The notes beneath the pieces are model-generated. The model was not told the DNA's origin. It did no database searches and worked only from the letters and a program-made list of their open reading frames with translations. The translations under genes and the position numbers were made by a program. A stretch of DNA of 64,000 nt. Source: a virus. The stretch is from the IMG/VR virus record IMGVR_UViG_3300012352_000418, positions 1 to 64,000 of that record. The stretch is one strand, 5' to 3'. The stretch's first letter is position 1. The number at the start of each line of letters is the position of its first letter. Shown in pieces: positions 1 to 7,291 of the stretch.

Positions 1-211
1 GTCGGTAAGGGTTCTCGGTAGGCGTTATCGTTTCAGCGTTCACACGGGCATCCCAGCCCTCGTCAAACCCGTCAGCTTTTGCTATGCGGATTACTTCAGC
101 AAGCCAACGGTCCAGGGCAACGTGTTCCCTAAGTCCGTCCTCGGAACGCATCGGTGTTCCTCGCCAATGTGCTCGGTACACTTCTTCAGTTGTAGGTGTG
201 TATTCAGTCAT
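1..211 (-). CDS. hypothetical protein, N-terminal part (ORF runs off left window edge)
   Basis: ATG at 211 (MTEYTPTTEEVYRAHW...). The frame stays open to position 2. ATGA overlap with the stop of the upstream 33-codon ORF. Confidence 0.45.
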   Translation of the reverse strand, partial: MTEYTPTTEEVYRAHWRGTPMRSEDGLREHVALDRWLAEVIRIAKADGFDEGWDARVNAETITPTENPYR

Positions 212-309
212 TCTGTTTCTCCACTAACTCGAAATGGTGGCGTACCGTCAGCAGGAATAATCCAGTCATCCATCATCATGTCGCCTTGTTTAGGTGTGTA
301 ATCAGTCAT
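208..309 (-). CDS. hypothetical small protein (33 aa, MTDYTPKQGD...)
   Basis: ATG at 309 overlaps the stop of 302-583, and its own stop overlaps the next ATG (ATGA). The chain of translational coupling supports it; below the track cut-off. Confidence 0.3.
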   Translation of the reverse strand: MTDYTPKQGDMMMDDWIIPADGTPPFRVSGETE

Positions 310-583
310 TAGATAGTTCCTTAATTAGTTTACGTAAATAGTCTGCATCAGACTCTGAGAAGTTCTCATAGCTAAGGCAGTCAATAATGATTGCTTCTGC
401 CAATACCGCAAAGTTTTCGTCATTAGAAAATACAGACTCTCCACCGTAGCAGCCTACAGACATCTGCAAGATCCAGAGGTCGTCTTCCCACTCTTCAAGT
501 CGGAGGGTATTCCAGGTACCACCACAGCTATCACAGTAATAGTCATCGCCAAGCATCCATGTGTGGTTGTAATCTACAATCAT
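302..583 (-). CDS. hypothetical protein (93 aa, acidic, CxxC)
   Basis: Track ORF. Its start overlaps the stop of 583-861 (coupled genes). No recognisable family. Confidence 0.6.
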   Translation of the reverse strand: MIVDYNHTWMLGDDYYCDSCGGTWNTLRLEEWEDDLWILQMSVGCYGGESVFSNDENFAVLAEAIIIDCLSYENFSESDADYLRKLIKELSND

Positions 584-861
584 TAGTCTTCCTTCATTAT
601 TTCTTCAAATAGCCAAGTCATATCGATAGGATTATCGCCACGCTTTGCTGCAGCTACTGTTTTGTTTACGTTAGCCATAATACTAACAAAGATACGCTTA
701 CGTTCTTTAGCTATAGCTAAATCAGCTACACGGTGTCGTTCACGTACAAGCCAGTAGTCAAACTCGTTGTCAGCAATAGATCGATAACCGAGTGATGCCA
801 CAAAACCTTTACTAGAGGCTTCACGTAGCTGCTCTGTTGTAATCTCATTAATGTTTCTCAT
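583..861 (-). CDS. hypothetical protein (92 aa)
   Basis: Track ORF, preceded by a TTGACA-17-TAAAAT promoter 6 nt upstream of the ATG. Confidence 0.65.
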   Translation of the reverse strand: MRNINEITTEQLREASSKGFVASLGYRSIADNEFDYWLVRERHRVADLAIAKERKRIFVSIMANVNKTVAAAKRGDNPIDMTWLFEEIMKED

Positions 862-867
862 ACTATA

Positions 868-896
868 ATTTTACTCCTGTATGGGTTGCTTGTCAA
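868..896 (-). promoter_or_regulatory. sigma70/SigA-type promoter (TTGACA-17 nt-TAAAAT), leaderless-type
   Basis: The minus strand reads TTGACAagcaacccatacaggagTAAAATtatagtATG. The -10 ends 6 nt before ATG 861. Confidence 0.55.
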
Positions 897-944
897 CCCT
901 TTATTTCTACCGCCGAGCTTTCGCCCGTCGAACTTAGCGTAGTG

Positions 945-950
945 TATAAT
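945..950 (+). promoter_or_regulatory. -10 box TATAAT, 6 nt upstream of ATG 957
   Basis: gtgTATAATtatattATG; same -10/N6/ATG geometry as more than 10 other genes in the window. Confidence 0.3.
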
Positions 951-956
951 TATATT

Positions 957-1052
957 ATGAAGTGTTTAAGATGTGGAGATCAGGTCGACCAACTATGGAT
1001 CGATCTTTGTGACCAATGCGTTGGTGACGTTATGGGCGAAGACTATCGATAG
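957..1052 (+). CDS. possible 31-aa CxxC...CxxC mini-protein
   Basis: MKCLRCGDQVDQLWIDLCDQCVGDVMGEDYR. Leaderless-type -10 directly upstream. Lies on the opposite strand to its neighbours and overlaps the 3' end of 1043-1411 by 10 nt. Confidence 0.3.
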   Translation: MKCLRCGDQVDQLWIDLCDQCVGDVMGEDYR

Positions 1053-1411
1053 TCGTTCCAGCCTTTTAGTCTATCCAAACCAGTCAGTCGCTCTTCAAAG
1101 TCTTCTGGACCCCAGCCATCTTCATTCTTGCTAGCTTTATTAATGACTTTCTTAAGCCACTCATATTCTTTGTGTATAGACATGTAGAGGAAGTCTCTTA
1201 ATTCTTCTTGTGCTTCTTCTAGTGTGTCACACTTGGTACCCTCGAAGTCTGAGGCAACGTACCCATAATGATATGCCTGATAGTAAGGCTGGTCACCGTA
1301 TGACCAAATCTTTTTTACATAGAAGTGGCAGTCACGATCTTTGTGATGATCTGGTGCAATGTAATTAAGCCAAGCTTTAGTTAAATGTAGAATCTCTTCT
1401 TCAATGTTCAT
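1043..1411 (-). CDS. hypothetical protein (122 aa)
   Basis: Track ORF; ATGA overlap with the upstream ORF; protein-like composition. Confidence 0.65.
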   Translation of the reverse strand: MNIEEEILHLTKAWLNYIAPDHHKDRDCHFYVKKIWSYGDQPYYQAYHYGYVASDFEGTKCDTLEEAQEELRDFLYMSIHKEYEWLKKVINKASKNEDGWGPEDFEERLTGLDRLKGWNDYR

Positions 1412-1551
1412 CGCTTCTTTCCTATCTCAAATCCCAATACGAATAAATGCTTGCCCCAGTACAAATCAAAGGCACGATAGTTACCACTTTTCCAGGTGTT
1501 AAAGCGGTAGTGCTTGGTGACGCTTTTATAGTGTCTACGAATTATTTTCAT
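1408..1551 (-). CDS. hypothetical small basic protein (47 aa, MKIIRRHYKSV...)
   Basis: Internal ATG of track ORF 1408-1659. The longer form would overlap 1535-1732 extensively. Its stop overlaps the next ATG. Confidence 0.35.
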   Translation of the reverse strand: MKIIRRHYKSVTKHYRFNTWKSGNYRAFDLYWGKHLFVLGFEIGKKR

Positions 1552-1732
1552 CTTCAGCCTCAAACTGAGAAAGCAGTACGTTAATGAATGCCATGTCCTG
1601 CTTACAGCCATCGCATCCGTCTTCAATGCCATTAGGGCAAGCCTGAATCTGCTGTGCAATTAAATCAATAATACGATTGCGTTCAAAGACGACGCCTGCC
1701 GCAAACGCTAGTTGTTCTTTCTTAGTGGTCAT
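1535..1732 (-). CDS. hypothetical protein (65 aa, Cys-containing, acidic C-terminus)
   Basis: Track ORF; more protein-like than the overlapping alternative frame. Confidence 0.55.
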   Translation of the reverse strand: MTTKKEQLAFAAGVVFERNRIIDLIAQQIQACPNGIEDGCDGCKQDMAFINVLLSQFEAEDENNS

Positions 1733-1911
1733 TAGTTATTCCTAATCAAATCGATAATGTTATCTGGTTGTTTACAGGATAGATAGTGTTCTCCGAATGA
1801 GGATGTATCACAACAACAGCTTACGTTGTATAGTTCCTTTATTAGTAACTGTATGATTTCTTCTTCTCGTTCTTCTCTACCCCGAAAGTATTCGCTACCT
1901 GTGGCAGTCAC
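1732..1911 (-). CDS. possible hypothetical protein (59 aa, GTG start)
   Basis: VTATGSEYFRGREEREEEIIQLL...; its stop overlaps ATG 1732 (TAATG). Weak RBS. Confidence 0.3.
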   Translation of the reverse strand: MTATGSEYFRGREEREEEIIQLLIKELYNVSCCCDTSSFGEHYLSCKQPDNIIDLIRNN

Positions 1912-1930
1912 AATCGCAGACTCTTTTCCC

Positions 1931-1966
1931 TATGGCAACCAAACAGTATTCATGTTGGTTGCTATA
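1931..1966. promoter_or_regulatory. 12-bp imperfect inverted repeat (candidate operator) in the divergent control region
   Basis: TATGGCAACCAA-N12-TTGGTTGCTATA (11/12 complementary), between the leftward and rightward gene blocks. Confidence 0.3.
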
Positions 1967-2028
1967 GCATTGTCCAAATTTACTCATACTCCAATAATAC
2001 AGTTGTGCTAGCGGTATGTCAAGTCTCG

Positions 2029-2037
2029 TGATAAAAT
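2029..2037 (+). promoter_or_regulatory. extended -10 promoter TGaTAAAAT, leaderless-type
   Basis: cgTGaTAAAATaaaagtATG; 6 nt to ATG 2044. First promoter of the rightward block. Confidence 0.45.
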
Positions 2038-2043
2038 AAAAGT

Positions 2044-2181
2044 ATGAATTATTTTATAAGAAGAAAGTCAGACGGACACTTGATCGCAATCAGAAAGTTA
2101 AGTGTGCAGGAAGCAGAAAACTTAGTTAGTTACTTAAACTTTGCGGATGAAAAGAATGAATACTTCTACTCAACCTATTGA
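2044..2181 (+). CDS. hypothetical small protein (45 aa)
   Basis: MNYFIRRKSDGHLIAIRKLSVQEAENLVSYLNFADEKNEYFYSTY; starts 6 nt after an extended -10 box. Confidence 0.4.
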   Translation: MNYFIRRKSDGHLIAIRKLSVQEAENLVSYLNFADEKNEYFYSTY

Positions 2182-2258
2182 CAATCAGTCGTCAATAGTT
2201 CATAATAGTAGTACTGGCATTTGCCAGGAATGTTCAGACGACAATTGTAAGGTGTGTA

Positions 2259-2408
2259 ATGGCAACAGTAGACCTGCGAGGTTGGGACACTCAGCTTGAC
2301 CCAATGGCAGCAATTACCGAAATTGTAAATGATAATCTAAACGGACACGTTGATGCTAAGACCGCTATGTCTTATATCAATGCTATCTGTTGTGAGTGGA
2401 GGTTCTAA
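2259..2408 (+). CDS. hypothetical small protein (49 aa)
   Basis: AAGGTG RBS upstream. Its stop overlaps the next ATG (TAATG). Confidence 0.45.
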   Translation: MATVDLRGWDTQLDPMAAITEIVNDNLNGHVDAKTAMSYINAICCEWRF

Positions 2409-2650
2409 TGCCTATTCATGTTGATATTAGAATTAATGACGAGAATGTTCGTACCGTCCACATTGGGCGTGAGGAAGATTTAATTAGTAAAGAAGAGACT
2501 CACCTATATCGCATATCAACGGGTACCATTAATACTCGTGTTGATTGGTGGGATCCAGACTCTGTTACGTTTGAGCACAAGTACTCTGACGGAGTAGAGA
2601 TTTGCGTTGCCAAGGGCTTGGAGGCATTGTATGGTAAACAAGACAGTTAA
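2408..2650 (+). CDS. hypothetical protein (80 aa)
   Basis: Track ORF 2396-2650 trimmed to ATG 2408, which has GGAGG 5 nt upstream. Confidence 0.6.
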   Translation: MPIHVDIRINDENVRTVHIGREEDLISKEETHLYRISTGTINTRVDWWDPDSVTFEHKYSDGVEICVAKGLEALYGKQDS

Positions 2651-2825
2651 GGTTATCTTTGAGCAGGATGAATGGTATCCCGTTTATGTGGAGACTGACA
2701 CAGAATTTGCTGGTACCACTGAGATTGAACTAACTCAGTATGAGCTATTCAAGGTGCGTCGTGTGCTTCAAGAGTTTAAGCACGTACAGGCAATGCTTGC
2801 TAGCAAGATTAATAAAGATCAGTAA
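2631..2825 (+). CDS. hypothetical protein (64 aa)
   Basis: Track ORF 2607-2825 trimmed to ATG 2631, which has GGAGG 6 nt upstream. Confidence 0.55.
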   Translation: MVNKTVKVIFEQDEWYPVYVETDTEFAGTTEIELTQYELFKVRRVLQEFKHVQAMLASKINKDQ

Positions 2826-3295
2826 TGAAACTATTTGTTATCGGAGTGGTTGCCTCGCTGGTGATACCACTGTCTAGTTTCTTCTGGGAACAGGATAAGG
2901 CTGAGCCTTCTATTACTAACTATACGGTTACGTATGCAAAGGCTGACCCTACCCCTACCCCGAAACCTGAGCCAGTCATGCTGACCAAACCTGGAGATCC
3001 ATATCTAAATAGTTTGGCAGAGAGCATGGGCATTACCCTTCCAGTATTCTATGGAACGTGTCCTTCCTATGGGCAAGACTCGTCTGACGTGACTGGATGC
3101 TATTTTCCAGGAAGCCATCACATTACCGTTACACACGTGGCAGATAGCTATGGAGAAGAATATATTTCTTGTGTAATTGTTCACGAGTTTCGTCATTACG
3201 ATCAGTATGTAAAAGGCCTGATCAGCGTGGAAAAAGGTGTCATTACAAATCGTGACTGGCTTGAACTTGACGCATATAATTATGCTGGATGCTAG
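2825..3295 (+). CDS. membrane-anchored/secreted putative Zn-metallopeptidase (HExxH)
   Basis: N-terminal hydrophobic helix (LFVIGVVASLVIPLSSFFW), a Pro/Thr linker, and VIVHEFRHYDQ (HExxH). Family not identified. Confidence 0.5.
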   Translation: MKLFVIGVVASLVIPLSSFFWEQDKAEPSITNYTVTYAKADPTPTPKPEPVMLTKPGDPYLNSLAESMGITLPVFYGTCPSYGQDSSDVTGCYFPGSHHITVTHVADSYGEEYISCVIVHEFRHYDQYVKGLISVEKGVITNRDWLELDAYNYAGC

Positions 3296-3915
3296 TCTCG
3301 GACTTGCCATTTATAAAATACGCTGCTATACTGGTGAACATGTTTTATTTTAAGAGGACTCTTGGTCTGATTGTTGGAACTGGCTTGGTGTGCATCACTG
3401 CTACCCCAGCCTACGGAATCGAATTCCATCAATCTAATCAAGCAGAAGTTCAAGAAGTCAAAACAGATTCCCGTGACAAGGTGCAGACAATTGAAATTGT
3501 TTCTGTTGTTCAGCCCTTGGCACAAAGATCAGAAGTTACTGTTGTCGAAGCCTCGGTTGCAGTAGAACCTGTTCGAACACAACCCATCTCCACATCTCTT
3601 CCTGGAAACCAGGGATTGCTGGGTGCAGCTCTTGCACAAATAGGATGGGCCGAAGATTGTACGGCGTTGGTTGAAAATGCTTTACGTGCGATTGGACACC
3701 AAGTGCCAGACGTTGGACCCATGCAGTTTATGCAGTATGGTGTTCAAGTTGACGCTTCACAGATACAGCCAGGAGACATTATGATTCGCTCTGGTCACGT
3801 TGCCATCTATGCAGGTAACGGAACGGCTGTACACGGTGGCTTTGGAGGTAGAGTTGTGCTTACTAGCACTGACTCTGATCCATATAGCTACCACGCAATA
3901 ATTCGCATCGGTTGA
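3289..3915 (+). CDS. secreted NlpC/P60-family peptidoglycan endopeptidase (candidate endolysin)
   Basis: Signal-peptide-like N-terminus (LGLIVGTGLVCITATPAYG). C-terminal ...AEDCTALVENALRAIG...GDIMIRSGHVAIYAGNGTAVHGG matches the Cys/His/His NlpC/P60 core. Alternative start at 3340. Confidence 0.75.
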   Translation: MLVSDLPFIKYAAILVNMFYFKRTLGLIVGTGLVCITATPAYGIEFHQSNQAEVQEVKTDSRDKVQTIEIVSVVQPLAQRSEVTVVEASVAVEPVRTQPISTSLPGNQGLLGAALAQIGWAEDCTALVENALRAIGHQVPDVGPMQFMQYGVQVDASQIQPGDIMIRSGHVAIYAGNGTAVHGGFGGRVVLTSTDSDPYSYHAIIRIG

Positions 3916-3926
3916 TGCTTGACATC

Positions 3927-3961
3927 TGCCCACCTTTATGAAACAATAGTAAGGGTGGGCA
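3927..3961 (+). terminator. possible terminator hairpin after the NlpC/P60 gene
   Basis: TGCCCACCTT-N14-AAGGGTGGGCA (10 bp stem with one bulge), followed by only a weak T-tract (TGATGTTTG). Confidence 0.3.
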
Positions 3962-4006
3962 TGATGTTTGCCCTGCACATTTAAATAAACTATTTTTGGA
4001 GAAGTA

Positions 4007-4204
4007 ATGAGCGAACAACCAACAGACCAAGAGAAGTATCTTCGCAACCTTGAGTCTCTTTTTACAATTGCAATGCACAAGCTAGGAAACGATGTAGAGA
4101 TTTCCGATGAAGAGCTTGCTGCAATTAGACCAGACATGGCACTTGATGTGACTACCACAGAGACTGGTCTACGTCTTCGAATGGTAGAAGATGTACAAGA
4201 ATGA
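4007..4204 (+). CDS. hypothetical protein (65 aa, acidic)
   Basis: Track ORF; GGAG 6 nt upstream of the ATG. Confidence 0.55.
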   Translation: MSEQPTDQEKYLRNLESLFTIAMHKLGNDVEISDEELAAIRPDMALDVTTTETGLRLRMVEDVQE

Positions 4205-4286
4205 TGACCTTAAATCTGCCATTCTAACGGCAGGTGTGGTATTCTGTATAGTGGTAGGAATCTTTATCTACTTTATAATTAATTAG
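4191..4286 (+). CDS. possible 31-aa single-pass membrane peptide
   Basis: MYKNDDLKSAILTAGVVFCIVVGIFIYFIIN; overlaps the end of 4007-4204 and ends just before the RBS of 4298. Confidence 0.3.
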   Translation: MYKNDDLKSAILTAGVVFCIVVGIFIYFIIN

Positions 4287-4297
4287 GAGAAACAATT

Positions 4298-4510
4298 TTG
4301 AAACCCGAACTATTGCTTGCTAAAGCTATCAACACCCTTAATCGTTGGAGTGAAGATCTTTTAGAAGATGACGAAAAGCTTCGTCCACTCTACCAGGCCA
4401 ATGTTGCTAGCCTTGAGTATGCTCTTTTACATATTGAGAATCGACACTCGCCTGTTATTCGCAACGCCATTGCACTTGCCTATGCAGTGCTCGGCATGGA
4501 AGATGTATAA
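4298..4510 (+). CDS. hypothetical protein (70 aa, TTG start)
   Basis: Track ORF; AGGAGA 7 nt upstream of the TTG. Confidence 0.5.
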   Translation: MKPELLLAKAINTLNRWSEDLLEDDEKLRPLYQANVASLEYALLHIENRHSPVIRNAIALAYAVLGMEDV

Positions 4511-4615
4511 TTAACTAGTTATAATGGTGTGTGTGCGAAAACTGCGGTTTCATTTGTACTTGCGAAAAGCCACACAGTGCTGTAAACTAATAAGACCATA
4601 AACGAGAGAGAGAAT

Positions 4616-4948
4616 ATGGCAAAGAAAAAAGTTACAGTTGATACTGGAACCATTGACCTTGGTCCTATTGTTGACCTAAAGGCAGAAAGAACACTAAGTT
4701 ATTCAGACTGGAATGCGGTTCTTGTGCATCGTCATTACGACCCACTGCTTCAGAAGTGGGGTAATCTTTGCAGCAGAATCGTTACCAAGATAGTTGTACG
4801 AGCAGCTAACGAAAAACCAATTCGCTGGTACCACACAGCAATCTATGATTTCTGTTATGACCAGTACGATCGATACGGAGACTATTACCGTGTCATAGAC
4901 AACAGCTTTGGAGAAGCAAAAGATGATGAACTATATGAAGTCCGTTAA
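4616..4948 (+). CDS. hypothetical protein (110 aa)
   Basis: Track ORF with a purine-rich RBS (GAGAGAGAG). Preceded by a ~90-nt leader downstream of two TATAAT boxes. Confidence 0.65.
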   Translation: MAKKKVTVDTGTIDLGPIVDLKAERTLSYSDWNAVLVHRHYDPLLQKWGNLCSRIVTKIVVRAANEKPIRWYHTAIYDFCYDQYDRYGDYYRVIDNSFGEAKDDELYEVR

Positions 4949-5159
4949 GCAAACCTTTATTAATTTTTATAACGAGAACAAGACCCTGTCAGCAATTATT
5001 ATTGGTGCTATCGGGTTTCCCCTGGCTCTAGCTATCGTAGGTGGGGCAATAGCTCTAGTCATAGCTATCCTATCAATCTTCTTTGGACAGTTCTACGCAC
5101 TAGTAGTTTTCCTTATGATGATTGTTGGTGGCATTGGAGGCTACATTTGGAGTCGGTAA
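4923..5159 (+). CDS. small membrane protein (2 TM)
   Basis: Track ORF 4908-5159 trimmed to ATG 4923 (GGAG 9 nt upstream). Two long hydrophobic segments. Confidence 0.55.
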   Translation: MMNYMKSVKQTFINFYNENKTLSAIIIGAIGFPLALAIVGGAIALVIAILSIFFGQFYALVVFLMMIVGGIGGYIWSR

Positions 5160-5851
5160 TTGATGTATTAGATGAAGGCTACGTTCGCCTTGTCGATACC
5201 CTCGGAGATGACCTATCGGTAGTTAACGCTGCCCGTGTATCATACGATAAAGAGTCTGGTGACTTCGAGCCTCGTGACGCTAAACTAATTCAGTTCTTGA
5301 TCCGTGAAGGACACACTAGCCCATTACGACATGCAGCTATGACCTTTGAGGTCTATGCACCACTATTTGTTGCACGTCAATGGTGGAAGTATGCTGTTAG
5401 CTCTACTCATGTGGACGATCAGAATGGTTGGAACGAATCTAGCCGTCGCTATATTACAGAGGAAGAGCAGTTCTACGTTCCGCTACCAGATCAATGGAGA
5501 AGCAAGCCAGAGAATAGCAAGCAGGGTAGCGGTGAGCCAGTTGATCTTGAACTAGGACAGAAGCATTTTGATGCACTACTAGACATCATTGGTATTGGGA
5601 CTACTGCGTACCATAAGGCTATGGATGATGGTATTGCACCAGAGCTAGCCCGTCTATTCCTTCCTGCGTACGGCATGTACGTACGTTGGCGTTGGACAAC
5701 ATCCCTGCAGGGTGTCATGACATTCCTAGACCAACGTCTAGAGCATGATGCACAGTGGGAGATTCAGAAGTATGCACAAGCTGTAGAACAACTATCTACA
5801 AGTGCATTCCCAGAGGTATTTAGAGCAGCTAAGGAGATTAAAAATGCTTAA
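5147..5851 (+). CDS. thyX: ThyX-family (FAD-dependent thymidylate synthase-like) protein, divergent active-site motif
   Basis: ThyX-like blocks are present: VRLVD...VVNAARVSY, EGHTSPLRHAAMTFEV, SSRRY, NSKQGSG, ARLFLPAY...RW. The canonical RHR is replaced by WKY. TTG start with GGAGG 6 nt upstream. Confidence 0.7.
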   Translation: MESVIDVLDEGYVRLVDTLGDDLSVVNAARVSYDKESGDFEPRDAKLIQFLIREGHTSPLRHAAMTFEVYAPLFVARQWWKYAVSSTHVDDQNGWNESSRRYITEEEQFYVPLPDQWRSKPENSKQGSGEPVDLELGQKHFDALLDIIGIGTTAYHKAMDDGIAPELARLFLPAYGMYVRWRWTTSLQGVMTFLDQRLEHDAQWEIQKYAQAVEQLSTSAFPEVFRAAKEIKNA

Positions 5852-6128
5852 ACCAATTGAAGATAAACTAGTTCTACGTCGAGACAAGGAAGAGCAGACC
5901 ACATCGTCTGGCTTTGTTCTTGCAGGCGTACAGGAAGAAAAGCAGGGTACTGGAATTGTGCTTGCAAAGGGACCTGGAAAGGTTCTTGATAACGGTAGCG
6001 TTATTGAAATTGATGTTGAGGTTGGAGACCGTGTAGCATTCTCTAAGTACCAGGGTACGGAGATTGAGCATGATGGTGAAGAACTTCTTATCATTGCGTA
6101 CCGTGACATTTTAGCCATCATTGGTTAA
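5844..6128 (+). CDS. groES: co-chaperonin GroES (Cpn10)
   Basis: MLKPIEDKLVLRR...TTSSGFVLAG...GTGIVLAKGPG...VGDRVAFSKYQGTEI...DILAIIG aligns along the full length with GroES. AAGGAG RBS. Track ORF trimmed to ATG 5844. Confidence 0.85.
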   Translation: MLKPIEDKLVLRRDKEEQTTSSGFVLAGVQEEKQGTGIVLAKGPGKVLDNGSVIEIDVEVGDRVAFSKYQGTEIEHDGEELLIIAYRDILAIIG

Positions 6129-6142
6129 CTAAATAAGCTATA

Positions 6143-6880
6143 ATGGATGTACTTAGTTTTAGGAGTGAGATGTCAAACGCATACTCACGAATTGGCTATG
6201 GAAGATTTAAAAACAAGGAGACTAACGTGTCAGACAAAGTAGATCAGACTGGGTATGGAACACCAGTCTCTGTACCATTCGAGGAGACTATTGTGCCAAG
6301 CTATGAAGCTTCACCAGAAAATGAATGGGAGCTTGCAGGTGAGGATGGTTGGCTAGACAACGATGTTCCCGTCCCAAGCCCACTCACAAAGCGTGAAGAG
6401 CTATACCGTATTCAGGAGTCTAAGCGTGCTGCTAAGATTCAGGTAGACCAGAAGATTGTTCTTGTGACCTGGCTTGTTGCTGTAGGTATCGCATTTGTTT
6501 CATCTGCTATCGTATCCTTTAATGGTATTACTTCTGTAGCTGAGTTTGTAGGACTGTCTGCCGCATGGATGGCTGGACTGTTCTTCTTCTTTATTGAGCT
6601 TATGTATCTTATCTTTCTTGTTGCATACCTTGTCCTTGCATCTCGTGTAGACGATGACGGCAATCCAGAGAAGACTGGTGGTGCACTATGGGGAATGATC
6701 TCATTTGCTGCTATTGCAGTTGGTGCTAACGCTTTCCACACCCTGGACTTCTGGAACTGGGACATTGTTAATCCACAAATGTGGGCAGGTGTCGTGCTAT
6801 CTGTAGCTGCACCTATCGCTATCATTAGTGCATCCAAGATGGCATCTCGTGTAGTGTTTGCTAGAGCTATTAAGCTTTAG
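6143..6880 (+). CDS. integral membrane protein (about 4-5 TM), unknown function
   Basis: Track ORF. The C-terminal two-thirds consist of hydrophobic helices. The alternative start ATG 6170 has AGGAG upstream and may be the real start. Confidence 0.65.
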   Translation: MDVLSFRSEMSNAYSRIGYGRFKNKETNVSDKVDQTGYGTPVSVPFEETIVPSYEASPENEWELAGEDGWLDNDVPVPSPLTKREELYRIQESKRAAKIQVDQKIVLVTWLVAVGIAFVSSAIVSFNGITSVAEFVGLSAAWMAGLFFFFIELMYLIFLVAYLVLASRVDDDGNPEKTGGALWGMISFAAIAVGANAFHTLDFWNWDIVNPQMWAGVVLSVAAPIAIISASKMASRVVFARAIKL

Positions 6881-6887
6881 TACCACT

Positions 6888-6960
6888 GGCCCTGTAGCTA
6901 AGTGGATATAGCGAGTGGTTTCTACCCACTAGGACGGGAGTTCGAATCTCTCCAGGGTCG
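6888..6960 (+). tRNA. tRNA-Arg (anticodon TCT)
   Basis: Hand-folded cloverleaf: acceptor GGCCCTG/CAGGGTC, D-stem GCTA/TAGC, anticodon stem AGTGG/CCACT with loop TTTCTAC, T-arm GGGAG-TTCGAAT-CTCTC. No encoded CCA. Confidence 0.85.
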
Positions 6961-6971
6961 CGAATAGAACA

Positions 6972-6980
6972 TGGTATACT
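6972..6980 (+). promoter_or_regulatory. extended -10 promoter TGgTATACT, leaderless-type
   Basis: aTGgTATACTatccctATG; 6 nt to ATG 6987. Confidence 0.45.
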
Positions 6981-6986
6981 ATCCCT

Positions 6987-7289
6987 ATGCCATATAAAAA
7001 TAAAGAAGATATGTATGCCAATCAGAAAAGGCATAGGGTTTCCATGAGAGCTAAGATTTTAGATTATTTACTAGAACATCCATGCGAGATTTGCGGAGAA
7101 TCAGACCCCATTGTTCTAGAGTTTGATCACATAAACCCTGAAAACAAAACAAAAAATGTTGCTAGATATTTAGCTGGACATGCTGGATGGGACAAGATAT
7201 TTTCTGAGATAGAAAAATGCAGAGTACTCTGCTGCAATTGTCATAGACGACACACCTATGCCCAGCAAAAACACTGGGGTAGGGGATAA
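6987..7289 (+). CDS. HNH endonuclease
   Basis: CEICG...EFDHINP...N...CCNCHRRHT: Cys-pair zinc finger plus the H-N-H motif. Confidence 0.8.
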   Translation: MPYKNKEDMYANQKRHRVSMRAKILDYLLEHPCEICGESDPIVLEFDHINPENKTKNVARYLAGHAGWDKIFSEIEKCRVLCCNCHRRHTYAQQKHWGRG

Positions 7290-7291
7290 TT

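Noticed and set aside
1826-2011. 61-aa plus-strand ORF in the divergent region, plus a 30-codon Cys-rich minus-strand ORF at 1895-1987
   Set aside because: Neither has an RBS or a -10 box at the right distance. They overlap each other, the inverted repeat and the better-supported coupled ORF 1732-1911. They may be wrong calls either way.
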